64,000 bases of DNA from Rhizobium sp. Q54 (GCA_945861895.1 CAMAWF010000003.1:32798-96797); one strand, 5' to 3'; counted from the first letter of the stretch, positions 1 to 12,213 are shown. The notes: generated from the letters alone by a model not told the origin. Program-made: numbers and translations.

Positions 1-212
1 AACAGTTTTGAAAATCCATCGCTCCCAAGTTTTTCGGGCTCGGCCACCGTCAGCAATTCGATGAAGAAGCCCGGCAACTGCACGATGCGATTGTGCGTGC
101 CCCAGGAATGCCGGTTGCGCGCACCGACGGTAAATCCCATGCGGCGATAAAGCTCGGCCGCGGCATCGAGATCGCGCACCGCATGAACGACGTGATCGAG
201 GCCGCGCGGCAT
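1..212 (-). CDS. VOC/glyoxalase-like family protein, 5' part only (runs off the window; not in the ORF track)
   Basis: Hand translation from ATG 212 gives MPRGLDHVVHAVRDLDAAAELYRRMGFTVGARNRHSWGTHNRIVQLPGFFIELL. The 'LDHVVHAVRDL...GTHN...IELL' pattern is typical of Glyoxalase_3/VOC proteins. The ATG overlaps the upstream TGA (TGATG). Confidence 0.85.
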   Translation of the reverse strand, partial: MPRGLDHVVHAVRDLDAAAELYRRMGFTVGARNRHSWGTHNRIVQLPGFFIELLTVAEPEKLGSDGFSKL

Positions 213-1342
213 CAACGCGCGCGCCAGACGAAGGTGCTCGACAGCGCGAAGTTCCACACCAGTCCGACCAGCGAGCCGAGCAGGCCGGCAAGCCACCAGC
301 TCGATTGATTGGCATAGAGCCAGTTGGCAACGCCGATATTGCTGAACGCGCCGATCGAGCAGATGACGTAAAAAAACAGCAAGCCATAGAGCATGTCCAA
401 TCCGGACAGCCGCTGGTCGCGATAGGTCAGCATATTGTTGAGGAAGAAATTGCTGGCGATCGCCACCATGGTGGCGACGATATGGGCGGTGAGAAATGGA
501 ACCGCAAACAGCGACAGGCTGAGCTTGAGCACGATCAGATGGACGGCGACGCCACTGCCGCCGACGATCATGAAATACGGAAAGCGCGCCGGCACCAGAT
601 TTCCCACCGCCCGCGCCAGCAGCACATCGGCGAAGTCGAGTATCACCTTGCTGTCGAGCTTGCTGGTTCCATGCATCCGGCTGCGGAACGTGAACGGCAA
701 TTCCATGACGCGAACGTCGGTCCCGACCGATGAAAGAATATCAGCCAGTATCTTGAAGCCCTGCGTCGATAGACGCGGCGCAACGTCGTCGAATACCGCG
801 CGCCGCATGGCGAAGAAGCCGCTCATCGGGTCGGTCGCCGTGATGCCGAGCAGGCGGCGCGCAACGACGCCGGCAAACCGGCTGGCGGAAACGCGGCGCG
901 CCGACATGCCGCCACCCTCGCCGCCAAGGTAACGGCTCCCCACCACGATGTCGGCCTTGCCGGCACTCAGTTGCTTGAGCATTTGTGCCAGCAGGGTTTC
1001 GTCATGCTGCAAATCCGCGTCCATCACCGCAACGAAGGGCGCCTGGCTTGCCAGCATGCCTTCGATGCAGGCGCCGGCAAGACCGCGCCGTCCGATGCGG
1101 CGGATGCAGCGCACGCGCGCATCATCTGCGCCGATGGATTTCGCCAGCGCCGCGGTGCCGTCGGGCGAATTGTCGTCGACAAAGACGATGCCCCAGGCGA
1201 TGCCGGCGAGCGCCTTGTCGATCTTTTCGATCAGCAGCGCAACGTTGTCGCGCTCGCAATAGGTCGGCACGATGATGTCGATTTGCGGCACTACGGCCGA
1301 ATCCTTGCCGCCGGTTTGTCTATTGGGATTTTCACTTTGCAT
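212..1342 (-). CDS. GT2 polyprenol-phosphate glycosyltransferase (DPM1/GtrB-like) fused to a C-terminal GtrA-like flippase domain
   Basis: GT2 motifs IIVPTYCERDN, VDDNSPDGT and MDADLQHD, then a 4-TM GtrA-like tail (FMIVGGSGVAVHL...NFFLNNMLTYRD...WNFALSSTFVW). Start placed at ATG 1342; the ORF is open to 1363. Confidence 0.88.
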   Translation of the reverse strand: MQSENPNRQTGGKDSAVVPQIDIIVPTYCERDNVALLIEKIDKALAGIAWGIVFVDDNSPDGTAALAKSIGADDARVRCIRRIGRRGLAGACIEGMLASQAPFVAVMDADLQHDETLLAQMLKQLSAGKADIVVGSRYLGGEGGGMSARRVSASRFAGVVARRLLGITATDPMSGFFAMRRAVFDDVAPRLSTQGFKILADILSSVGTDVRVMELPFTFRSRMHGTSKLDSKVILDFADVLLARAVGNLVPARFPYFMIVGGSGVAVHLIVLKLSLSLFAVPFLTAHIVATMVAIASNFFLNNMLTYRDQRLSGLDMLYGLLFFYVICSIGAFSNIGVANWLYANQSSWWLAGLLGSLVGLVWNFALSSTFVWRAR

Positions 1343-1349
1343 GATCGGT

Positions 1350-2780
1350 TCAGTTGGCGGCAATCTCGACCAGATAGGCGCCGTTCATTTGCGGTAATAC
1401 AAGATGGCGGACGATGCGCAAGCCGGGCCGGGCCGCGCGCAACTGTTGTTCCTGCGCCGGCGTCACGATCATCCATCCGGGTGCGTTCGCCGCGGCAACG
1501 ATGTCCTTGACGATGCGCTTTGGCGCATCGACATGAACCAGCACATTGTAATTGAAGCGGAGATCGCTCGATAGCCTGAGCGGGGCCGGATGTTGCTCGA
1601 CCGCCGCCGAGATCAGCCGACCCTCGGCGCGCGTGCGGTCGAACAGCGCGGGCGCCAGCGGCATCACCAGCCAATTGAGGATGAGCTTGTAGGCGGTCAG
1701 TCCGCACAAGACTGCAACCGACATGTTGACGAGCGCAGGTTGCTCGCTGCGCAGGCGGTCGAAAGCAAGGCCTGCGAGCGCGGCAATTGCAAACGTCATC
1801 GGCATCGCATAACGCCCCTGCGTGCCCGGCCAAAACATCAGCACCAGCGTGCAGCAAAGCGCATAGAGCGCCAGCGCAAGCACGAGATCGTTGCGGCGCT
1901 CGCTCGAATTGCGCCAGGCCGCCACCGCCGCCGGGACCGCGAGCAAGATGCCGGGAAGAAGTTTCAGGATCAGCGTGAAGCCGAATCCCGACAGATCGAA
2001 GATATAGTTCAATGGCGAGAGCTTGAGATTGAGCCTGCCGTGCGACATCCAGGTGCCGAGATCGCCCGGCTGATAGACCGCGTAATACCAAAGACCGATC
2101 AGGCCGCCGGCGATCGCGCCCGCCAGCATCAAGCCGAACACGCCGCTCCACCGCCGCTTGAGCAAAACATAGACGCCGACGCCGAGAAAAAAATACGCCA
2201 GCGGCTGCGGACCCTTGGTAAGCCCGGCAGCGGCCAGCAGCAAGCCGACGGCGGCCCAGCGCAGCGCACCGACATTTCGATGTTGTTCGCCGTTCCACCA
2301 GACGACAAACGCCGCGAAGATCAGCAGCGACAGCAGCAGGTCCGGTTCCGCCGTCGTCACCTTCTGCAACAGCATTGGCGAGACGAAGAAGCAGGCGGCG
2401 GCAAACAGCGCCGCAAGCGGGCTCGCGTGCCGCCGTACCAGCGCAAATATCAGCCGCCCGCTCGCGAGATAAAGCGCCACGATGACCAGCCGCGCCAGCC
2501 AGAGGTCCACGTGTCCTGCGGCACTCCCCAGCGCCGCCAGCAGCCAGGACAGCAACACCGGCCGTTCGATGAAGCGGATGTCGTAAAGAGACGGCTCCAG
2601 CCAGTGACCCTCGAGCGCGCCGCGCGCCAGGGCGATGACGGTGCCTTCCTCATAGTGTGCGCCGCGCAGGCTGATGGTCGGCACCACCAGCAGCAGCCAC
2701 AGGATGACGAGCCAGAATTGCGGTGGAAATTTTGCGTTTTCGACGGACGGCAATAATTTGGTGAAATCGGGAAATGTCAT
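1350..2780 (-). CDS. GT-C fold membrane glycosyltransferase, ArnT/PMT_2 (GT83/GT39)-like
   Basis: Multi-TM protein with an ArnT-like first loop (HYEEGT...ALEGHWLEP...FIERPVLLSW) plus EPDLLL and LTKGP motifs. Start placed at ATG 2780. Confidence 0.8.
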   Translation of the reverse strand: MTFPDFTKLLPSVENAKFPPQFWLVILWLLLVVPTISLRGAHYEEGTVIALARGALEGHWLEPSLYDIRFIERPVLLSWLLAALGSAAGHVDLWLARLVIVALYLASGRLIFALVRRHASPLAALFAAACFFVSPMLLQKVTTAEPDLLLSLLIFAAFVVWWNGEQHRNVGALRWAAVGLLLAAAGLTKGPQPLAYFFLGVGVYVLLKRRWSGVFGLMLAGAIAGGLIGLWYYAVYQPGDLGTWMSHGRLNLKLSPLNYIFDLSGFGFTLILKLLPGILLAVPAAVAAWRNSSERRNDLVLALALYALCCTLVLMFWPGTQGRYAMPMTFAIAALAGLAFDRLRSEQPALVNMSVAVLCGLTAYKLILNWLVMPLAPALFDRTRAEGRLISAAVEQHPAPLRLSSDLRFNYNVLVHVDAPKRIVKDIVAAANAPGWMIVTPAQEQQLRAARPGLRIVRHLVLPQMNGAYLVEIAAN

Positions 2781-2855
2781 CGTTGGCGGCGGCAACGGCC
2801 GCACCCCTCAGGGACAATCGTCAACACACCGATCCCCATAGAGCCTCGCGGCCGG

Positions 2856-4496
<1,641 letters not shown>

Positions 4497-4696
4497 TTAG
4501 CCGGGCCGAATCGATTCGACGAGTGTGAAAACGGCAAGGTTGCTATTCTCCTGTGAGCTAGCTTTAATTTACAAGCATTTACAGTCATTTGTATCTATAC
4601 TCTCAAGCAAACCATGAACCCAGGCCGGCGCCCGCCGCACAGCCGGGGCCCATAACGCCGAAGGGCCGGTTTCCCGGCCCTTCGCTATCCACGTTC

Positions 4697-5068
4697 TCAC
4701 TGCGAGCGGGGCGCCTGCGGCGGCCCCGGCGGCTCGCTTTGCTGCCGCAGCGTATCGAGTACGCCGCCACCCGCGCCGCCGAGCGGAGCCGGCGCGCCGG
4801 GAGCCTGCGGGGCACCCGATCCGCCTTGCAGGATCGAAGCCGGTTTGCGGTCGACCCCGGCCAGGATCGAAAGCACCAGGCTGGTGACAAAGAATAGCCC
4901 GGCCAGCACCGCGGTCGCCCGGGTGAGCACATTGGAGGTGCCGCGGCTGCTCATGAAGCCGCCGCCCGAGCCGATCCCGAGCCCGCCCCCTTCGGAGCGC
5001 TGCAACAGGACGACGCCGATCAGGCCGACGACCAGCATCAGGTGAATGACGATGACAACGTGCTGCAT
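4697..5068 (-). CDS. secG: Preprotein translocase subunit SecG
   Basis: VLLQRSEGGGLG...LTRAT motif; tpiA-secG-pyrG synteny. Confidence 0.96.
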   Translation of the reverse strand: MQHVVIVIHLMLVVGLIGVVLLQRSEGGGLGIGSGGGFMSSRGTSNVLTRATAVLAGLFFVTSLVLSILAGVDRKPASILQGGSGAPQAPGAPAPLGGAGGGVLDTLRQQSEPPGPPQAPRSQ

Positions 5069-5189
5069 TGACCAATCCGCTCAAAAGCTCAGCGCCGGGC
5101 TTGCCGCCCGTGAGCGCTTGTTCCCGCTCATATAGGAATTCGCCGCGGTCTCTACACGATCGGCCGGCAGTTTTCCACCCCGCAGGCGG

Positions 5190-5948
5190 CTAGCGGTAAA
5201 CGGCTGCGATACCCAGAAAATCATTGGCTTTCAGGCTTGCCCCGCCGACCAGCGCACCGCCAACATCGGCCAATTTGAGCAATTGCGGCGCATTTTCCGG
5301 TTTGACCGAGCCGCCATAGAGAATGCGGACCCGCTCGCCCTCGCCGCCAAGGCGTTCGCGCAACTGCTGGCGGATGAAGGCATGCACTTTGGCCACGTCA
5401 TCCGGCGTCGGCGTCAGGCCGGTCCCGATCGCCCAGACCGGCTCATAGGCGATCACAATATTGGAGCCGGCCGCGCCCTCCGGCAGCGAGCCCGCGAGCT
5501 GGCGGGCAACGACGGCAAGCGTCTCATTGTTTTTGCGCTGCGCGTGGGTCTCGCCGATGCAGAGAATGGCGGTGAGCCCGGCGCGGCGCGCGGCCAGCGC
5601 CTTCGCCTTGACAGCGGCATCGCTCTCGTTGTGATCGCTGCGGCGCTCGGAATGGCCGACGATGACGGCGCTGGCACCGGCATCCGCCAGCATCTCCGCC
5701 GACAGGTCGCCGGTGTGGGCGCCGGACGCCTCTGCGTGACAATCCTGCGCGCCGATCGCCACCGCCGAGCCGCGCGCCACCGCGGCAAAGCTCGCGATCA
5801 GGGTTGCCGGCGGACAAATCATGAGATCGGCCTTGCCCGCCAAAGCCTGCGCACCGGCGACGATCTGCTCAAGTTCGGCGGCCGCAGCCTTGAGCCCGTT
5901 CATCTTCCAGTTGCCCGCGACCAGCGGGCGGAGCGAAGCCTGCGCCAT
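5190..5948 (-). CDS. tpiA: Triosephosphate isomerase
   Basis: [24 protein letters not shown] and YGGSV motifs. True start is ATG 5948; the longer ORF reads through the repeat at 6000-6048. Confidence 0.98.
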   Translation of the reverse strand: MAQASLRPLVAGNWKMNGLKAAAAELEQIVAGAQALAGKADLMICPPATLIASFAAVARGSAVAIGAQDCHAEASGAHTGDLSAEMLADAGASAVIVGHSERRSDHNESDAAVKAKALAARRAGLTAILCIGETHAQRKNNETLAVVARQLAGSLPEGAAGSNIVIAYEPVWAIGTGLTPTPDDVAKVHAFIRQQLRERLGGEGERVRILYGGSVKPENAPQLLKLADVGGALVGGASLKANDFLGIAAVYR

Positions 5949-5999
5949 ATCCGTTTTCCCTGTCAGCGAGCGGTTAGCAGAGCGTCCCGGTGGGCGCCA

Positions 6000-6100
6000 G
6001 AGCATGATCCCGAAAAGTGGGAACCGGTTTTCGGAAAAGATCATGCTCAAACAAAAAGATGGAGCCGGGCCCCGATTCAATCGGAGCCGATCAGACTCGA
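6000..6100 (+). repeat. Palindromic intergenic repeat (MITE/RIME-like), copy 1, long form
   Basis: GAGCATGATC-CCGAAAAGTGGGAACCGGTTTTCGGAAAA-GATCATGCTC at 6000-6048 (10-bp perfect inverted repeat, inner CCGAAAA/TTTTCGG). It is followed by an A-rich linker and a second palindrome CCGATTCAATCGG at 6072-6084. The right boundary is approximate. Confidence 0.85.
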
Positions 6101-6136
6101 AAGGTCGTTACCGCCTGCCGCCCAATCCGTCTTGTA

Positions 6137-6165
6137 TTGCAGGGATTTGGCCCGGTCCCTATGAT
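6137..6165 (+). promoter_or_regulatory. Putative sigma70 promoter of ppiD-trpE
   Basis: TTGCAG-N17-TATGAT, 76 nt upstream of the ppiD ATG. Confidence 0.6.
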
Positions 6166-6240
6166 GCGGGTCGATACCGGCTGTTGCCGGCCTTGCCGCC
6201 CACCGGCGGCACTTCCTCCATCCACCGTCAGGCGCCGCCC

Positions 6241-8148
6241 ATGCTCCGAGGTATCCACAAAGCTTCAGCCAATTGGCTCGGCAAGATCGTCTTGTCGGTC
6301 ATCATGGGCCTGCTGGTCATAAGCTTCGCGGTGTGGGGCATCGGCGACATCTTTCGCGGCTTCGGGCTTTCGACCGTGGCCAAGATCGGCCGCACCGAAA
6401 TCGGCATCGAGCAGTTCCGGAATTATTACACCGACCGCCTGCAGCAATTCGGCCGCCGCCTCGGCCGCCCGCTGACGCCGGATCAAGTGCGCGCGCTCGG
6501 GCTCGACCGGCAATTGCTCGGCCAGCTGGTCGCGGAAACCGCCCTCGACGAGCGCGTGCGCGAACTCCGCCTCGGCCTTTCCGATGCCGAGATTGCCAGC
6601 GCCATCACCTCGGACCCCAACTTCCGGAGCATCGGCGGACAATTCGACCGGCTCCGCTTCGAGCAGACGATCCGCCAGGCCGGCTTTACCGAGCCGCGCT
6701 ATGTCGCCGAGCAACGCCGCATCCTGCTGCGCCGCCAAATCGTCGAAACGCTTACCGGCGGATTGAATCCCCCGACGGTCGCGCTGGCCGCCGTCGACCG
6801 CTACCGCAACGAACAGCGCAGCATCGAATATGCCGCGCTCGGTCCGGCACAGGCCGGCAACATCGGCGCGCCGACGCCGGAAGCGCTGGCAAAATATTTC
6901 GAGGAGCGCAAAATTCTTTTCCGCGCGCCGGAATATCGCAAACTGGTGCTGGTCGCGCTTTCTCCCGCCGATCAGACGCGCTGGCCGGCGGTATCCGACG
7001 CCGACGCCAAGCGCGTTTATGATGAAAATCGCGCCGGCTACGGCACGCCCGAGCGCCGCCATGTGCGGCAGATCGTATTTCCGAACGCCGAGGACGCGCG
7101 CGCGGCATCCGAGCGCATCGCCAAGGGATTGACCTTCTCGGCCTTGGCGGCCGAGCGCGGGCTCAAGGACAGCGACATCGATCTCGGCACGATTGCAAAG
7201 TCCGCGATCATCGATCCGGTTGTCGCCGATGCTGCCTTTGCGCTCAAACAAGGCGAAGCCAGCGCGCCGGTCACCGGCCGGTTCGGCACGGCGATCGTTC
7301 AGGCCGCCAAGATCGAGCCGGCGCAGACACTGAGCTTCGAGCAGGTGGCGCCGCGGATCAAAGGCGAGCTCGCCGCCACCCGCGCCAAATCCGAAATCAT
7401 CGCGCTCTACGACAAAATCGAAGACGGCCGCGCCGGCGGTTCATCGCTCGCCGAAGTCGCGCAAAAGCTCGGGGTGCCGGCCCGCACCATCGAATCGATC
7501 GACCGTTCCGGCCGCGCGCCCGATGGCGCGCAGGTGCCCGACATGCCGGCCGGCATCGATGTCATTTCGGCCGCCTATGCGAGCGATGTCGGCGTCGAGA
7601 ACGATCCGATGCAGCAGCCGGGCGGCGGCTATGTCTGGTACGAGGTCGGCGGCATTGTGCCTTCGCACGAACGCAAGCTGGAAGAAGTCAAAGCCCAGGT
7701 CGAGACGCGCTGGCGCGATGACGAGATCGCCGCCCGCCTCAAGACCAAGGCCGACGATATCGTGAGCAAGCTCAAAACCGGCGGCAATTTCGCCGAACTC
7801 GCGCGCGCCGACGGCGTCAAGCTTGAAAATGCGAAGGGTCTGCAACGCGGCCGCGCCAGCGATCCGGTTCCCGCCAAGGCGATCGAAAGCGCATTCCGCA
7901 CGCCGAAGGGCGAACCGGCGAGCGTCGAAGGTGCGACGCAGAACATGCGCGTTGTGTTCCGCGTGACCGACGTGATCGTGCCTAAATTCGATACCGCCGC
8001 GGCGGATGCCAAGCGGCTAGCCGACACGCTGCGCTCCGCAACCGTCGAAGATTTGGTAAACGAATATATCGCGCAGATCCAATCCGAGATAGGCGTGAGC
8101 ATCAATCAGGCGGCGCTCGCTCAAGTCGTCGGCGGCAGCACGAACTAG
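6241..8148 (+). CDS. ppiD: PpiD/SurA-family periplasmic chaperone-PPIase
   Basis: MLRGIHK...LLVISFAVWGIGD N-terminal anchor, SurA_N-like domain and rotamase domain (ERRHVRQIVF). Usual tpiA/trpE context. Start ATG 6241. Confidence 0.92.
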   Translation: MLRGIHKASANWLGKIVLSVIMGLLVISFAVWGIGDIFRGFGLSTVAKIGRTEIGIEQFRNYYTDRLQQFGRRLGRPLTPDQVRALGLDRQLLGQLVAETALDERVRELRLGLSDAEIASAITSDPNFRSIGGQFDRLRFEQTIRQAGFTEPRYVAEQRRILLRRQIVETLTGGLNPPTVALAAVDRYRNEQRSIEYAALGPAQAGNIGAPTPEALAKYFEERKILFRAPEYRKLVLVALSPADQTRWPAVSDADAKRVYDENRAGYGTPERRHVRQIVFPNAEDARAASERIAKGLTFSALAAERGLKDSDIDLGTIAKSAIIDPVVADAAFALKQGEASAPVTGRFGTAIVQAAKIEPAQTLSFEQVAPRIKGELAATRAKSEIIALYDKIEDGRAGGSSLAEVAQKLGVPARTIESIDRSGRAPDGAQVPDMPAGIDVISAAYASDVGVENDPMQQPGGGYVWYEVGGIVPSHERKLEEVKAQVETRWRDDEIAARLKTKADDIVSKLKTGGNFAELARADGVKLENAKGLQRGRASDPVPAKAIESAFRTPKGEPASVEGATQNMRVVFRVTDVIVPKFDTAAADAKRLADTLRSATVEDLVNEYIAQIQSEIGVSINQAALAQVVGGSTN

Positions 8149-8151
8149 ACT

Positions 8152-9663
8152 ATGCAGATCGAGCCCTCGGAAGACGCCTTCGCGCAACGTTATGCGCGCG
8201 GCGAGCCGCAGGTGGTGTGGACCACGCTGGTTGCCGATCTGGAAACGCCGGTCTCGGCGTTCCTCAAGATCGGCGGCGGCAAGCCGATGAGTTTTCTGCT
8301 CGAGTCGGTGGAAGGCGGCGCGGTGCGCGGCCGCTACTCGATCATCGGGCTCGACCCCGATCTGATCTGGCGCGCGCAGGCAAACCGCGCCGAGGTCAAT
8401 CGCCAGGCCGGCACGGCGGCGGTTTTCACGCCCTGCCCGCAACCGCCGCTCGAAGCCTTGCGCGCGTTGATTGCCGAGAGCCGGATCGCGCTGCCCGACG
8501 ATCTGCCGCCGATGGCGGCGGGCGTGTTCGGCTATCTCGGCTACGACATGGTGCGGCTGATGGAGGAATTGCCCGCGCCCAATCCCGACCCGATCGGCAT
8601 TCCCGATGCAATTTTGATCCGCCCGACGCTGGTCGTGGTGTTCGACGCGGTGAAAGATTCCATCACCGTGGTGACGCCGGTGCGCCCGCAACCCGGCATC
8701 GGCGCGAAGGCGGCGCTCGCGCAGGCGGTCGCGCGGCTTACGCGCATTGTTGAAAGCCTCGACCGCCCGCTCGACAAATCCGCCGACAGCGATGCCGGGC
8801 CGCTCGCGGTTGCGCCGGCATCCAACACGACGCCCGCCGACTATCGCGCCATGGTGCTCAGGGCGAAGAACTATATCGCGGCCGGCGACGTGTTCCAGGT
8901 GGTGCTGTCGCAGCGCTTCGAGGCGCCGTTCGCGCTCTCGCCGTTTGCGCTTTACCGCGCGTTGCGGCGTGTCAATCCGGCGCCGTTTCTTTATTTTCTC
9001 GATTTCGGCGGTTTCGCGGTTGCCGGATCGAGCCCGGAAATTCTGGTGCGCGTGCGCGGCGGCCGCGTCACCATCCGCCCGATCGCCGGTACGCGCCCGC
9101 GTGGCGCTACGCCGCACGAGGACAAGGCGCTGGAAGAGGAATTGCTCGCCGATCCCAAGGAGCGCGCCGAACATCTGATGCTGCTCGATCTCGGACGCAA
9201 CGATGTCGGCCGCGTCGCGAAAATCGGCAGCGTGACCGTCACCGATCAGTTCTTCATCGAGCGCTACAGTCAAGTGATGCACATCGTCTCCAACGTCGAG
9301 GGCGATCTCACCGTCAAGCACGATGCGCTCGATGCGCTCGCCGCCGGGTTTCCCGCCGGCACCGTGTCGGGCGCGCCGAAGGTGCGCGCCATGGAAATCA
9401 TCGACGAGTTGGAAAAGGAAAAGCGCGGCCTCTATGCCGGTTGCGTCGGTTATTTTTCCGCCGACGGCGAGATGGACACCTGCATCGTGCTGCGCACCGC
9501 CTTGGTGAAGGACGGCAAAATGTATGTGCAGGCCGGCGCCGGCATCGTCGCCGACAGCGACCCCGCCTCCGAGCAGCAGGAATGCATCAACAAGGCCAAG
9601 GCACTGTTTCGTGCCGCCGAGGAAGCACAGCGCTTTGCCAGCGCCGCAAAACGCGGGCAGTAG
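8152..9663 (+). CDS. trpE: Anthranilate synthase component I
   Basis: LLESVEGG, RPIAGTRPRG, EHLMLLDLGRND, FPAGTVSGAPK and QAGAGIVADS motifs. Confidence 0.97.
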   Translation: MQIEPSEDAFAQRYARGEPQVVWTTLVADLETPVSAFLKIGGGKPMSFLLESVEGGAVRGRYSIIGLDPDLIWRAQANRAEVNRQAGTAAVFTPCPQPPLEALRALIAESRIALPDDLPPMAAGVFGYLGYDMVRLMEELPAPNPDPIGIPDAILIRPTLVVVFDAVKDSITVVTPVRPQPGIGAKAALAQAVARLTRIVESLDRPLDKSADSDAGPLAVAPASNTTPADYRAMVLRAKNYIAAGDVFQVVLSQRFEAPFALSPFALYRALRRVNPAPFLYFLDFGGFAVAGSSPEILVRVRGGRVTIRPIAGTRPRGATPHEDKALEEELLADPKERAEHLMLLDLGRNDVGRVAKIGSVTVTDQFFIERYSQVMHIVSNVEGDLTVKHDALDALAAGFPAGTVSGAPKVRAMEIIDELEKEKRGLYAGCVGYFSADGEMDTCIVLRTALVKDGKMYVQAGAGIVADSDPASEQQECINKAKALFRAAEEAQRFASAAKRGQ

Positions 9664-9687
9664 AGCGAGCATGATCGCGCGCTTGCC

Positions 9688-9716
9688 TTGACCCCTCTCC
9701 GGTCGCACCGTAAGAC
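9688..9716 (+). promoter_or_regulatory. Putative internal promoter ahead of trpG-trpD-trpC-moaC-moeA
   Basis: TTGACC-N17-TAAGAC within the 72-bp trpE-trpG gap. Confidence 0.5.
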
Positions 9717-9735
9717 CTTGAGCGGGCACAAGAAC

Positions 9736-10362
9736 ATGATCGTTTTGATCGACAATTACGACAGTTTCACCTTCAATCTCGTCCATTACCTGGGGGGATT
9801 GGGGGCGCACGTCGCCGTGCACCGCAACGACAAGATCGCGGTCGATGAGGTCATCGCGGCGCAGCCCGACGCCATCGTGCTCTCGCCCGGGCCCTGCACG
9901 CCGAACGAAGCGGGCATCTGCCTCGATCTCATCAAGCAGGCGGCGCCGACGACGCCGATCCTCGGCGTTTGTCTCGGCCACCAGGCCATCGGTCAGGCTT
10001 TCGGCGGCGAAGTCGTGCGCGCGCCGGTGCCGGTGCACGGCAAGCTTTCCGAAATTGCGCACAAAGCCGATGGCGTTTTCCGCGGCATCAACGGACCGTT
10101 CAAGGCGACGCGCTATCATTCGCTGATGGTGAACCGCGCGAATTTGCCGCGCGATCTTAACGTGACGGCGGAAACCGCCGACAAGATCATCATGGGCATC
10201 GCGCATGCGAAACTTGCCGTGCATGGCGTGCAATTTCATCCCGAAAGCATCGCGTCGGAACATGGCCATTTGATCCTGAAGAATTTTCTCGAACTGGCGG
10301 CGCAGTGGAATGCGGCGCATCGCTCGGCGCGGAAATCGCCGGCGCGCGAACGCGTGCATTGA
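9736..10362 (+). CDS. trpG: Anthranilate synthase component II (glutamine amidotransferase)
   Basis: [24 protein letters not shown] and QFHPES motifs. Start ATG 9736. Confidence 0.97.
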   Translation: MIVLIDNYDSFTFNLVHYLGGLGAHVAVHRNDKIAVDEVIAAQPDAIVLSPGPCTPNEAGICLDLIKQAAPTTPILGVCLGHQAIGQAFGGEVVRAPVPVHGKLSEIAHKADGVFRGINGPFKATRYHSLMVNRANLPRDLNVTAETADKIIMGIAHAKLAVHGVQFHPESIASEHGHLILKNFLELAAQWNAAHRSARKSPARERVH

Positions 10363-10372
10363 GGGATTTGCC

Positions 10373-11389
10373 GTGACCGATCAATTCAAGGCGTTGATTG
10401 CCAAGGCCGCGACCGGCGCTTCGCTCACGCGCGAGGAAGCCGCGCACGCCTTCGACCGCATGATGTCGGGCGAAGCGACGCCCTCGCAGATGGGCGGCTT
10501 GCTGATGGCGCTGCGCGTGCGCGGCGAGACCATCGACGAGATTACCGGCGCGGTGACCACCATGCGCGCCAAGATGCTGAAAGTGGATGCGCCGACAAAC
10601 GCCATCGACGTGGTCGGCACCGGCGGCGACGCCTCCGGCTCGTACAACATCTCGACCTGCGCCGCGCTGATCGTCGCGGGCGCCGGCGTGCCGGTCGCCA
10701 AGCACGGCAACCGCGCGCTGTCGTCGAAGTCGGGCGCAGCCGACGTGCTCGGCGCGCTCGGCGTCAAGATCGATCTTAATCCCGCGCAGGTCGGCCGCTG
10801 CATCCGCGAGGCCGGCATCGGTTTCATGTTTGCGCCCGCGCATCATCCGGCGATGAAAAATGTCGGACCGACGCGCGTCGAACTTGGCACCCGCACGATC
10901 TTCAATCTGCTCGGACCGATGTCGAATCCGGCCGGCGTCAAGCGCCAGATGATCGGCGTCTTCTCGCGGCAATGGATCGAACCGATGGCACATGTGCTGA
11001 AAAATCTCGGCTCAGAAAGCATCTGGGTGGTGCACGGCTCCGATGGGCTCGACGAGATCACCACGTCGGGGCCGACCAGCGTCGCGGCGCTGGAAAACGG
11101 CAAGGTCCGCACCTTCGAGATCGCGCCCGAGGATGTCGGCTTGAAGAAGGTCAAGCCGGAGCAATTGCGCGGCGGCGATGCGGCGGCCAATGCCGCGGCG
11201 CTGCGCGATGTGCTGCAAGGAAAAAACACCGCGTTCCGCGATATCGCCGTCATCAATGCCGCCGCGGGCCTGGTGGTCGCCGGCAAGGTCAAGGATTTGA
11301 AGGAAGGCGTTGCGCTCGCCGCCAAGGCGGTCGACAGCGGCGATGCCAAAGCCCGGCTGGAGCGGCTGATCGCCGTCTCCAATGGCTAG
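10373..11389 (+). CDS. trpD: Anthranilate phosphoribosyltransferase
   Basis: [12 protein letters not shown] and [12 protein letters not shown] motifs. GTG start at 10373. Confidence 0.98.
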   Translation: MTDQFKALIAKAATGASLTREEAAHAFDRMMSGEATPSQMGGLLMALRVRGETIDEITGAVTTMRAKMLKVDAPTNAIDVVGTGGDASGSYNISTCAALIVAGAGVPVAKHGNRALSSKSGAADVLGALGVKIDLNPAQVGRCIREAGIGFMFAPAHHPAMKNVGPTRVELGTRTIFNLLGPMSNPAGVKRQMIGVFSRQWIEPMAHVLKNLGSESIWVVHGSDGLDEITTSGPTSVAALENGKVRTFEIAPEDVGLKKVKPEQLRGGDAAANAAALRDVLQGKNTAFRDIAVINAAAGLVVAGKVKDLKEGVALAAKAVDSGDAKARLERLIAVSNG

Positions 11390-11392
11390 GCC

Positions 11393-12208
11393 ATGCCCGA
11401 CATCCTCGCCAGAATCGAAACATACAAACGCGAAGAGATCGCCGCCGCCAAGCGTGCGCGCCCGCTCGGAGAGGTGGAACACGCGGCCAAAGCGGCGGAT
11501 GCGCCGCGCGGCTTTCTGCGCGCGATCGAACGCCGTCTTGCCGGCGGCAATTACGCGCTGATCGCCGAGATCAAGAAGGCGAGCCCGTCGAAGGGCCTCA
11601 TCCGCGCCGATTTCGATCCGCCCGCGCTCGCGCGCGCATTTGAGGCCGGCGGCGCATGCTGCCTTTCGGTGCTCACCGACGCGCCCTCGTTCCAGGGCAA
11701 GCCTGAATTCCTCACCCTTGCGCGCGCGGCGACAAAGCTGCCGGCGCTGCGCAAGGATTTCATCTATGAGCCGTACCAGGTGGTGGAATCGCGCGCGCTT
11801 GGCGCCGACTGCATTCTCATCATCATGGCGGCGGTGAGCGATGCGGCCGCGAAAGACATCGAGGACGCAAGCTTCGCGCTCGGCATGGATGTGCTCCTCG
11901 AAGTGCACGACGAGGCGGAGCTTACGCGCGCGCTTAAATTGCGCTCCCGCCTGATCGGCATCAACAACCGCGATCTGCGAACTTTTGCGACATCGCTCGG
12001 CGTGTGCGAGCGTTTGGCGCCGATGCTGCCGCGCGAGCGCGTCGCGGTGGGCGAAAGCGGCCTCAATGCGCCCGCCGATCTGGCGCGGCTTGCCAAATGC
12101 GGCATCTCGACTTTCCTCGTCGGCGAGAGCCTGATGCGCCAGGACGATGTGGCGGCGGCAACGCGGGCCTTGCTGGCGCGCGAGCCGCGCCGCGCGGCGG
12201 CGGAGTAG
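11393..12208 (+). CDS. trpC: Indole-3-glycerol phosphate synthase
   Basis: [24 protein letters not shown] and ESG motifs. Confidence 0.98.
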   Translation: MPDILARIETYKREEIAAAKRARPLGEVEHAAKAADAPRGFLRAIERRLAGGNYALIAEIKKASPSKGLIRADFDPPALARAFEAGGACCLSVLTDAPSFQGKPEFLTLARAATKLPALRKDFIYEPYQVVESRALGADCILIIMAAVSDAAAKDIEDASFALGMDVLLEVHDEAELTRALKLRSRLIGINNRDLRTFATSLGVCERLAPMLPRERVAVGESGLNAPADLARLAKCGISTFLVGESLMRQDDVAAATRALLAREPRRAAAE

Positions 12209-12213
12209 AACCC

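Noticed and set aside
4550-4615. AT-rich patch between secG and pyrG
   Set aside because: Consistent with an ordinary promoter/UP region; no repeat, ORF or terminator could be supported.
5949-6240. N-terminal extensions of tpiA (from 6080) and ppiD (from 5821) in the ORF track
   Set aside because: Artefacts of open frames across the palindromic repeat and promoter; the family N-termini begin at 5948 and 6241.
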